Of a DNA stretch of 64,000 nt, positions 37,057-47,439 are shown piece by piece. The stretch covers positions 1,116,001 through 1,180,000 of the forward strand of contig JANJGN010000126.1 in the NCBI GenBank assembly GCA_026770705.1, written 5' to 3'. Both the position numbers and the translations under genes were made by a program. Under the pieces are notes generated by a model, which saw nothing but the letters and a program-made list of their open reading frames with translations, was not told the origin of the DNA and ran no database searches. This stretch comes from Isurus oxyrinchus (taxonomy: Eukaryota). Position 1 is the first letter of the stretch; each line of letters begins with the position of its first letter.

Positions 37057-37649
37057 CTACAGGGATATAACCGAGGAATTTTAATTGCATTCTTATTAAT
37101 CGAGGGTGTCTTACCATTTTTTTAATATATTAATTCTATTGTATCTTCCTCAAGCTTTTCATCTGTTCAGTAATTAAGTTTTCAATGCATATCTGTTAAT
37201 GAATAAGTGACTCTCAACAATCTCTGTCTGTTACTAACTCCACAGCTGCTCTCACTTTACATTTCTCATCCTGCTCCTATTGGAAAACGTGTTTTTATTC
37301 CTTCGATGCCAGTTTATTTTGGATGAATTTAGTGCGACCTATCACTGGATTATATTATGGTGGAAATTGCAGGAGGTTTGCTAATTGATAACAATTATTT
37401 TAATGATAAGTACTGATAGCTATTAATTCCAAGACTCTGAACTCTGTTAGATATCTTTTGTGAATTTTGATCTTGTTTGTTTATTTGTGGTGGTAATGTT
37501 CGGCACATAATTAACTTAAATCAGTTTATGATTAAGAACATTGCTTCAGCCTGTCTCCTGGGTCTTTATGTGATCCCAGCAATTTTTGGAAGATGTGTCC
37601 TTTAAAAAAACAGATTTAAAATATACTTTCGTCTTTAGCCTGGCATTTG

Positions 37650-38636
37650 CCTTTGTGTTTTTTAAATATTTGCGTATATGTGCACGAGTATCTCTTGCTC
37701 TGCCTTTAAATGTGTTTGTGTGCCCTGTTGTATGAGCGTTGATGTGTGTGTTCATGTGGCATGAGTGTTGATATGCTTATTTATGTGTGGCCCGCCTTTG
37801 TGTGTATGTTTGTTCATTTGTAAGTGAATGTGTATCAGTGTGTTAATGTATCTGTATGCGTTGATGTTTATGTTCACTTATTAATGTCTGTGTTAAAGAG
37901 TTTATTTACGTCCATGCCTGTTAATATATCTGATATTGTGCCTTTTTACGTTCTATGTTTGATATGTTAATGATCGTGCCCCCATGAGCGTGTGAGTATG
38001 TTGAAGCATGCCGTTATGTGTTCTTGGATGTTTCCAGCTTTGTCTTAATGTATGTTTACGTGTCTATGTTTACTAAAGCGTGTGTTTATATATGTTTGTT
38101 TTAATGTGAGTGCGTGGATGTATTCATAGTTGTTTCTTGCTCTATGTTTGTGAAAATGTTACTGTCTGTTCATCTATTTGTCTGTGTGTCCGTTTGTCAA
38201 TTTTTAATGTGTGTGTACAAATGCCTATGCATGTGCACTATTGTGTATGATAGTGTGTCGTTAAATGTATATTGTTGTGCTCGTTGAAGCACAGTAATGA
38301 ACATGTTCATGTATATACTTACAGGACCTGTCTGAGTCTGTTTATGGGGCTGTGTATATCTGTAATTGTGTGTGTTGAGTGCATCCATTCATGTGTGTTT
38401 GTGTGTTTGCTCACAATCGTTTGCATGTGTGTGACTGTGTGTGCATGCGTGTGAGAGGATATCTGTATTTTCAGGTGCCTGCTTGTGCGTGCGTGTGTCT
38501 GTCTGTGTGTCTGTCTGTCGAGAGTGAGTGTATATTTCTAAGTGTGTGGTTGCATCTGTGCATATGTGTTGTGTGTTCCTGTGAGTTGCATGTCTGCATA
38601 TTTTCTATGTATATGTGTACTCTTGTGTGTGTGTGC

Positions 38637-38668
<32 letters not shown>

Positions 38669-40293
38669 ATTTGTGATTGTGGGTTTGTTTGTGTGTGTAT
38701 GCCTGTGCATGTTTATCATTGTGTGGGTCTGTGTTTGCATGTGCATTCTTGTGTGCTTGTGTATGTGGCTACGTCTGTGTGCTGGTTTGTGTGTATATGT
38801 ATGCTTGTGCTTGTGTATGTATGTGTATGTGTGTGTGCATGTATGCCTGTCTATGTATCCATGCATGCTTGCACCTGTTTGTGTACGTGTGCCTCTTTTC
38901 CCGTGCCTATGTATGAACCTGTGTGTTTGTTTCTGTGTACCTATGCATGTTTGCATGTGTGTGTGTGTGTGTGTGTATTTTATCAGTGTGTGGGTGGCGT
39001 TTACATGTGTGTTTGTGTGTTTTGATCGTGTGACTCAATTTGTTTTTGTGTGTATGTGTCCATGTGTTTGTGTGTGTGTGTTTGTGTGTATACGTGTGTG
39101 CAGGTTTGTTTATATGCCTGTGTGATTGTGTGTGTGTTTGCGTATGTGTGTGTGTGATCTTGTGTCTGGATGTGTGTGAGTGTGTGTTTCTCTTTATCAT
39201 GTATGTGTGCTTCTGTGTGTCTCTGTCTGCCTGTCTGCGTGTGTGCCCGAATGTGTGTACCTCTGTTTTGCCTGTATGCGAGCTCATGTATGCATGTGTG
39301 TGTGTGTGTGTCTGTAGGTGCATGTGTGTGTGCATGTCTGCTTCAATGTCTGTGGGTTTGTATCTATCCAAATGTGTGTGTGTTTGTGTATGTGTGTGTG
39401 CGTGAATGTGTGTGTGTGTGTGTGTGTGTGAATGTGTGTGTGTGTGTATGTCGATGTGTGTGCTTGTTTACATATGCTTTTGTGTGTGTGTGTGATGCAT
39501 CTGTGTCTGGGTGCGTGCTTTTGTCTGTCTGTGTCAATGTCAGTCTGTGTTTATGTGATCGGGCAAGTGTGCATGATCCAGTGGGTGTGTGTGTGTGTCT
39601 ATCTGCCTGCGTGTGTGCATGAATGTGTGTATGTCGGTGTATGCCTGTATGTATGCTCGTTTATGCATGTGTGTGTGTATCTGTGAGTGTGTGTGTGCGC
39701 GCATGTCCGTGTTTGTGTGTGTCTATCAGAGTGCGTTTGTGAGTGTGTGTGTGTCTGTGTGTGTGTGTGAATGCGTCTGTGTGCGTCAATGTGTGTGCTT
39801 GTTTATGTATGTTTGTATGTGTGCGTGTGTTTGTGTCTGTGTATGTGCATGCATGCGTGTGTGCCTCTGTGTCTGTCTGTGTAATTTTGTCTGTCTGTGT
39901 CAATGCCAGTCTGTGTTTATCTGTTTGGGCATATGTGTATGATCCAGTGGATGTGTGTGTGTGTGCGTCTGTCTGCCTGCATGTGTGCCCAAATGTGTGT
40001 ATATCTGTGTATAACTGTATGCGTGTTTATATATGCATGCGTTTGTGTGTCTGTAAGTGCGTCTGTGTGTGCATGTCTGTGTCAAAGCCTGTGTGTGTTT
40101 GTGTGTGTGGATGTTAGTGTGTGTGTGGGGATGTGTGTGCTTGTTTACGTATGTGTGTGTGTGTTTATATGTGCATCTGTGCCTGTCCATATGCTTTTCT
40201 CTCACTGTGTTTTTGTCAGCCTTTGTTTATGTGTTCGGGCATGATCCAATGTTATGTGTGTGTGTTTGTGTGTGGATGTGTTTGCTTGTTTAA

Positions 40294-40329
<36 letters not shown>

Positions 40330-41207
40330 GTGTGTGCCTGTCTGTCTGCATGTTTTTGTCTGCATGTGTGTATGTTTTCTGTGTTGATTTGTTCAAGCAT
40401 GTGAGCATGATCCAGTGCACGCGGGAGTGTGTGTGTGTGTGTGTGCATGTGTCTGTGTGTGTGTGTGTGTTCATGTGGATGTGTGTGCTTGTTCATGTTT
40501 GTGTGTGTGTGCCTGCCTTTGTGTACGTGTGCGTATGCAATTTGGTTTCAGTGCATGTGTGTGTCTCTGTGTGTGTTTGTCTGTGAGAGAGGGAGAGAAA
40601 GATCTGGTTTCAGATTGGGTGTGTGCCTTTGTTGTGTGTGTGTGAGTCCGTTTGTGATCTTTTGCCAGGGTGTGTGCGAGAGTGTCTTTGTCTGTGTGTG
40701 TGTATGTGTGTGTGTTTGGGTGTCTGTACGTGTGTATGTTTTACATACTATTGTGTGTGCATTTTCCTATCACTGGTTGTGTATGCATGTGTTTGTATCT
40801 CTGTGTCGCTGTGTGTATTTGTCTGTGAGAGAGAGAAAGAGAGAGATCTGGTGTCAGATTGTGTGTGTGCCTTTGTTGTGTGTGTGTGAGTGTGCATGTG
40901 TGTAGGTAATCTTGTGCCAGGGTGTGTGTGAGCCTGTCTTTGTCTGTATGTGTATATGTGTGTGTGTGAGTCTGTGTGTGTGTGTGTGTGATCTTGTGCC
41001 AGGGTGTGTGTCTATCTGTCTTTGCCTGTGTGTATGTGTGCATGTGTGTGTTTATGTGTGTATTGTTATGTACTCGTGCACTTGCATTGTTTCTGTCAAT
41101 GTGTGTGTGTGTATGTGTGCGTGTCTGTGTGTGTTTCTGTGTGTGCATGTGAGTCCGTGTGTGTGTGAGTGATCTTGTGCCAGGGCATGTATGAGTGTAT
41201 CTTTTCC

Positions 41208-41252
<45 letters not shown>

Positions 41253-41280
41253 ATGAGCTTATGTCAGTGTGTGTGTGTAT
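37650..41280. repeat. Very long imperfect (TG/CA)n simple-repeat tract in the CH4-TM1 intron
   Basis: Direct inspection; internal higher-order duplications (e.g. 40585-40700 vs 40825-40960). Confidence 0.97.
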
Positions 41281-42245
41281 TATGTTATTGTTTCTCGTAT
41301 CACTGAACATCAATAACGTGGCCTGACAGTGAAGGTATGATCGATGGAGAACACAATTCGCCATTCTGTGTCTGAATGTGTTTTCTTTGGGGTTCAATGT
41401 GACATCAAGCGATAGAATGCAACAATTAAACAGAGGTTCCCCAGAAACATTAGAAACAGAACCGGAAAAACAGGAAGGACGGAAACAGCAGTTCAGATTT
41501 GGATTATGAAAAATCATCGGCAACTTGTGATTTACAAGAACAAGAGATTGAAAATCATTTCAAAACATCATGTTGCCATGATTTGCCATGATATGTTTGC
41601 CATGATTGAAGATTACAATCTGAGCGCAGGAAGCTAGAAGCCGCCTTGTATCTGAACTCATATCATAGACAGCTGTTCACTTCTAAACCCTCTGTGACTG
41701 GGACTGGGAGGTTAGTGAGTTAATGTTCCCCTCTCCACTCTCTCTCGTTGGCTAAACAATTTCCACTCCGGTTATCTGTGTTGGGGATGTGCAGGTGCAT
41801 TGCGTTAACTAATGCCCTCCCCCATTTCTATGTTGGCTAAGTCGAGATGGATTTCACCTTCCCGTGTGACCCTCACTTCAGTTCCCAGTGGGTGCGATGT
41901 GGCAACATCCGGCTGGTAGAAGTTTGAATGGATGGACGAAAAGTGAAGCAGGAACAACGGGATCTAAATGCTGCTGCTCTGTGTGCTTGTGCTAAATGGG
42001 AAATGGTCAGAATTCACCTCAGCGAGGGGCAAGTTGGTGAAGTAACTTTACGGAATTCTGTAATGAATGAGCTTTATTCTGTCTCTAAGCCAGGGTGTAT
42101 CTGAACTGGGGGCACGGATTGCACAAGACTCGGGTCTGAGACCTGTAAATTCCCGACATCAACTAAACAGGCCCAACATTAGCAAAACTGGAAAACATAA
42201 TTAATTAAGTGGCTGTGTATTTAATTCATAATTGGAGGAATATCC

Positions 42246-42251
42246 TTTATT
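42246..42251 (-). terminator. Poly(A) signal for secreted IgM form
   Basis: AATAAA ~37 nt after the tailpiece stop codon. Confidence 0.7.
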
Positions 42252-42287
42252 ATTTCTACTAAAGTTCGAAAAGTAAGTGATAGATTC

Positions 42288-42679
42288 TCATTGACATGAA
42301 TTAACGGTGTCCATCAGTGCAAAGGAAATGTTCACAAAACTTGGTTTACCGCTGGATTTATCAACCGTTCTGTTGATGAATTTCAAGGGAATGGCTTCAT
42401 GTCCCACCACACAGGAGTAAGAAGCGCCGCTGGCCCACTCCTCCGTTGCAATGGATAACAGGCTGTACATGAAGAAGGAGTTATTGCCGTTCTCCGCCTT
42501 CACCTCGGTGTTCTTGTAGTTCCCCGGATTCACAGGCTTGTCATTGATGGTCCACTTGACGAAGATCTCTCGGGGGGAGAAACCTCTCACCAAGCAGCTG
42601 AGGGGGATGAATCTCTGAGCGGAGACATCTTCAGCCGGGGGCAGGAGGACAGAGACGGACAGTTCCCGCGGATATTTAG
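42288..42679 (-). CDS. IGHM: IgM heavy chain CH4 + secretory tailpiece exon
   Basis: [51 protein letters not shown]; TTTTTTGCAG| acceptor; internal AGCG|GTAAAC donor after 42350; NIS sequon and penultimate Cys. Confidence 0.96.
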
Positions 42680-43171
42680 CTGCAAAAAATTGACAATAAA
42701 TGTAAAAAAAAAACTGGAGAATTCCAGGGACAATGACACCGGTGGTTAGATGTGAGAGAAATGTGTTTTGTTTTGACTTTTCAAGATCTCCATGTTCCAT
42801 TTTGGGGTGTGACCGGCTTTCTAGATCGGAGCAGATGTGGATACAATCATTCACTCTGAGAATATGCGGGATTGGACTGGAAAGTTTCATCAGTAACAGT
42901 AACAGGCCATTCGGCCGAACAGCTCTGTGCTGGTGTCTGAACTCCACACCAAGCTCGTCCCACATTATATAATCAAACCCTGCAGTACAGTTTCTTGTTC
43001 ATTCACCTAAATATGAATTTACTACTTAAATGCATCATTTACGGACCGAGGAGTTAGTGAAATTGCCAATCAGACTTGCTCATTAGTACATTGTGCATTG
43101 ATTATTGGTTCTTAAACTTACACTGGGAATTTGCACACTCTCTCACTTATTGATTCATTCTCAGCACTCAC

Positions 43172-43477
43172 GTTCTTCCTTGTGGATGGAATTTCTTAAA
43201 GGAGTCGGCAGATCCTGATGGCTCACCACGCAGTAGAACTCAGCCCCACTCAGCCAGGCTTGTGTTGAGATGTTCAGGTGGCTGACCACGCTGTTAGGAT
43301 CCTCTCCCGGCTGGACAGCAATCTCTGATTTCAAAGGCTTCTGTTCTTGTGTCCAGGACACGAGGACTCCATAAGGGGCGTTACTCACGATACAGGTTAA
43401 GGTCACTGTCGCCTCCAGTAAGACCTGTGCTATTGGCGGCGGCTGTAGAGTAATTACGGGGTCGTTGCAGTCGGAAA
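43172..43477 (-). CDS. IGHM: IgM heavy chain CH3 exon
   Basis: [48 protein letters not shown]; 306 nt, phase 1-1, CACAG| and AAC|GTGAGT. Confidence 0.95.
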
Positions 43478-43994
43478 CTGTGAAGCAGAAATGAATGTCA
43501 ACCAAAACATCATCAGAATCAGAAATCCGGTATTCAGCTTTCACTCTCACGACGGGAATATTTACCTGATCTTCCCCTGCCCTGTTAACGCCTTCATTGT
43601 TTGAAGGTCAATGACTTGCAATAATTCCGGGAAACTCCATAACATTCCCTGTGTATTTCCAGCCAGAACCAGTGGGAATGACTAAACCAAATGCCGGTCC
43701 AACAATGTGAATAAATTCAGGTACAATCGTCTTACAGACAGAATGGTTCACTTAATACAGCAAGGAGCTGTCATCCTCTGCACTTTTGTTTAATTCCACA
43801 ATAGGCCCCGTGTCTGGACTTGTTCCTTCTGCCTGCAGAGGACAGGTCCCTGTGGATGAACATACGGAGCTTCTAGCAAGTGTAAGTGAGCCACATTACA
43901 AGCCTGACTGATAATTTTTGAAAATTGATATTCTTCCCTCTATCCTGATGAGTACAAGATAAAATGTTTTGACAGAATGTCTTTTTTTATTAAT

Positions 43995-44390
43995 ACTCAG
44001 TTGTCTTAAAGGGGGAAAGTGTGGTGGACAGAGGGAGAGTATTTCAGAGCTTGGGGTCGAGGGAACTGATGGCACGGACACTAATGGTGGAGCAATTAAA
44101 ATAGGGGTGTTAGAATTAGAGCAGTGCAGATATCTCAGAGGCTTGTGGGTCTGTAGGAGATTGCAGAAATAGGGAGAGAGGAGGCCATGGGAGGATTTGA
44201 AAACAAGGATGAGAATTTTAAAATCAAGTTGCTGCTTGAACGGGAGCCAAGGAAGGTCAGGGAACGGGCTTAGCTGTGGGTGAAGACACAGACAGCAAAA
44301 ATATGGATGTCTTTAAGGTTACGAAGGGTAGAATGTAGGAGACCAGCCAGGAGTGTGTTGGAATGGTTGAGTCCAGAGGTAAAAATGGCA
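43995..44390 (-). mobile_element. L2-like LINE 3' fragment
   Basis: Similar to 60380-60620 and, in reverse, to 50200-50550 (FKILILVFKSLH motif). Confidence 0.6.
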
Positions 44391-44684
44391 GTGAGACCAT
44401 TCTCTGAATTGTCTCTAACTCTAAACCTCCTCATAAATATCCCATAACTATATTATCACTTGGTGCAAATGGTAGCAGATGATCTTTCGAATTCTCCATC
44501 CATTTGCTAACAGAATATCCCCCTCCCTTCCCCAAATAAAGATTAACTATGACAAAAAACAGAAAATACTGGAAAAACCCAGCAGGTCTGATAGAATCTG
44601 TGGAGAGAGAACCACTTTTTCTGTTTTTGTTTCAGATTTCCAGCATCCACAGTATTTTACTTTTATCTAAAGATTAACTGAGAC

Positions 44685-45290
44685 TGGGTCCCTAATGGCG
44701 GCCGGATTACCCACAGCCCCATGCGCCGCAGAAACCGCCCTATCTGCCGCGGGTTGTCCGGGTGGATTGCGCATGCTCGGAGTCTCCTGTTCTCTTTACT
44801 TGAGGTTGGTACCGGAGAGAAGCCGAAAGCGGCGGACAGTGAGAGTGGAGAATGTTCATTGGTTAAGATTAGGCTCTGGGGCCGCACTTGGGATTTGTAA
44901 ACCCCGCCCCCCGGCAATGACCTCTCACCTGACAGCTCACAATGCCCGGCTGATAGGATGAGGGGGTGTGACTGGAGGACCGAACCTGAGCGGGTGGTCC
45001 TCCAGCCAATCGGAGTGAATGAGGGGCGGGGCTGGGAGTGAAGCATGCGCAGTGTGAGTAATGGTGATGGGGAGATGCTCCTTTGTCGGGTCCTCAATGG
45101 GAAAGGGAGTGACCGGCGAGGCGGAGGGAGCGATGGGGCCGGCGGGTGGACCGGGGAGGCTCCGTAAACATGTTGTGTCAGTAAAAAACCTGGAAAAGGA
45201 CTTCCCGGTCCCCGGGGGAGCCTCCTGCCGTTTGCTCCGAGCGAGGCCGCAGCTTCCTCCCAGTGACAGACCCGGGCTCAAATCTGCAGC
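44685..45290. promoter_or_regulatory. CpG-rich promoter / first-exon region of the ZNF gene, potentially bidirectional
   Basis: CpG-dense in a CpG-poor background; GC boxes (CCCCGCCCC, GGGGCGGGG), CCAAT on both strands, NRF1-like GCGCATGC twice, YY1-like ATGGCGGC; homologous to 58150-58280 and 63165-63545. Confidence 0.75.
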
Positions 45291-45309
45291 AATTCCAATT
45301 TCAAGTCAG

Positions 45310-45885
45310 GAATCTGGAACTAGAGGGCGTGAAGATATCTGGGAGGGTTGTGAGGCTGGAGCAGATTACAGAGATAGGGAGGGGGGAGACCAGGGAGGGA
45401 TCTGAAAGGATCAGAAGCTTAACATTTAGGTACTTCAGTGAGCACAGGGGTGATGGGTGAACAAGACTTGGTGCAAGTAAGCTCACGGGCAGCACAGTTT
45501 TGGATGACCACAAGATTACAGGGAGGGTGAATGTGGGAGGCCGGCCGGGAGTGCGTTAGGATAGTTCAGTCTAGAGCTAACAAAGGAATGGATGAGAGTT
45601 TCAGCAGCAGATAAGCTGAGACTGGGGTGGAGTCGGGCGATGTTACTGAAGTGGAAATAGGCGGTCTTGGTGATGATGTGGATCTGTGGTTGGAAGCTCA
45701 TCTTGGGGTGAAAGTTTTCACCATGTTTGTCAACAGTCTGGTTCAGTCTCAGACAGTTGTCAGGGAAAGAGATGGAGTCCGTGTCTAGGGAGTGGAGTTT
45801 GTAGCGGGGACTGAGGACAATGGCTTCAATCTGCCCAATATTTAAATGGAGGAAATTTCTGCTCATTTAGTGCTGGATGTCAGAC
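45310..45885 (-). mobile_element. L2 LINE fragment (RT C-terminal region)
   Basis: MSRNFLHLNIGQIEAI..ITKTAYFH..AAETLIHSFVSSRLNY. Confidence 0.85.
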
Positions 45886-46279
45886 AAGTCAGGACAGTGT
45901 GTGATTTGGAGGGGAACTTTGAGGTGATGGTGTTCACATACATCTGCTACCATGGTCCTTCTAGGTGGTGGAGATTGAGGGTTTGGGAAATTCTGTCACA
46001 CATTAGTGAACCAGTTGGGTTTTTATGACAATCCCTCAGCTTTAACAGTCTATTTTTCCTCATGCCGGCCCCACAAATTATCTGATTCATTCAGCTCAAT
46101 TTCACAACCTGCCTTTATGTTTTTGTGGTTCTCTCTCACTCCCTTTTTCTGTTTTAAATCAATTCCACAGGGTGTTAGAAAGTGAGGATTTGCAGTCGGG
46201 AAACTCAATCTAAACATCACATCAGGATTTGATGCAGTTACCCAATTTATTGTAGCCTGAATGTCATTGGATTTTGAAC

Positions 46280-47149
46280 ATGGAAGGAAAAAGCACCGTT
46301 CACAGTGGGGAGAAACCATACATGTGTTCTGTGTGTGGACGAGGCTTCAGCCGATCATCTGGCCTGTCAGAACATAAATGCAGTTACAAAGGGGAGAAAA
46401 CATGGAAATGTGGAGACTGTGGAAAAGGATTCAATTACCCATCTGACCTGGAAACACATCGGCGCAGTCACACTGGGGAGAGACCGTACACCTGCCCTGA
46501 GTGTGGGAAGGGATTCACTACCTCCTCCCACCTGCTGACACACCAGCGAGTTCACACTGGGGAGAGGCCGTTCACCTGCCCTGAGTGTGGGAAGGGATTC
46601 ATTGATTCATCCAACCTGCGGAATCACCTGGAAATTCACACTAGCCAGAGGCTGTTCACCTGCTCCGAGTGTGGGAAGGGATTCACATTGTCATCCACCC
46701 TGCTGAGGCACCAGCGCATTCATACCGGGGAGAAACCGTTCACCTGCTCCAAATGTGGGAAGAGATTCACTCAGTCATTCCATCTGCTGACACATCAGCG
46801 AGTTCACACGGGGGAGAGGCCGTTCACCTGCTCCGAGTGTGGGAAGGGATTCACTCAGTCATCCAACCTACTGACACACCAGCGAGTTCACACTGGGGAG
46901 AGGCCGTTCACCTGCTCCGAGTGTGGGAAGGGATTCACTCAGTCATTCCATCTGCTGACACATCAGCGAGTTCACACTGGGGAGAGGCCGTTCACCTGCT
47001 CCGAGTGTGGGAAGGGATTCGCTTTGTCATCCACCCTGCTGAGGCACCAGCGAATTCATACCGGGGAGAAACCGTTCACCTGCTCCAAATGTGGGAAGAG
47101 ATTCACTCAGTCATCCCACCTGCTGACACACCAGCGAGTTCACAAATAA
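46280..47149 (+). CDS. C2H2 zinc-finger protein, 289 aa, 9 canonical + 1 degenerate finger, no KRAB/SCAN domain in this exon
   Basis: Open frame of CxxC..HxxxH fingers with TGERP/TGEKP linkers; acceptor CCACAG| at 46170; ATG at 46280. Confidence 0.9.
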   Translation: MEGKSTVHSGEKPYMCSVCGRGFSRSSGLSEHKCSYKGEKTWKCGDCGKGFNYPSDLETHRRSHTGERPYTCPECGKGFTTSSHLLTHQRVHTGERPFTCPECGKGFIDSSNLRNHLEIHTSQRLFTCSECGKGFTLSSTLLRHQRIHTGEKPFTCSKCGKRFTQSFHLLTHQRVHTGERPFTCSECGKGFTQSSNLLTHQRVHTGERPFTCSECGKGFTQSFHLLTHQRVHTGERPFTCSECGKGFALSSTLLRHQRIHTGEKPFTCSKCGKRFTQSSHLLTHQRVHK

Positions 47150-47439
47150 CTACAGTGGTTGGATTTTGCTGTTAATCACATCCAGGACTGAATCATGTTC
47201 ACTGGGGTCTGTTTCTGCTGTGATAAACTCTAGCCCAGTTATCGGGGTTAATATTGTGAATATAAGTCAAATAACTCAGCTCTGTATCAAACTTGCTGTA
47301 TTGAACATAATAATTAAGAGCAGGAGTAGGCCATTCGACCCCTTGAGCCTGCTCAGCCAATCAATAAGATCATGGCTGATCTGATTGTGGCTTCAACTCC
47401 ACAACGAGCCTACCCCCAAAAACCTTTACTCCCTTAGCA

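Noticed and set aside
38197-41172. Many long Cys/Val- or His/Thr-rich ORFs
   Set aside because: Artefacts of translating (TG/CA)n repeat in all frames
42288-43550. ORF-track 225-aa and 129-aa proteins as single-exon genes; IgNAR/IgW identity
   Set aside because: Their N-termini are intronic read-through upstream of clear acceptors; the CH3, CH4, tailpiece and TM sequences fit shark IgM
44663-45460. Several overlapping 65-144-aa ORFs (also 58029-58466, 63177-63565)
   Set aside because: Expected in GC-rich promoter DNA; no recognisable domains
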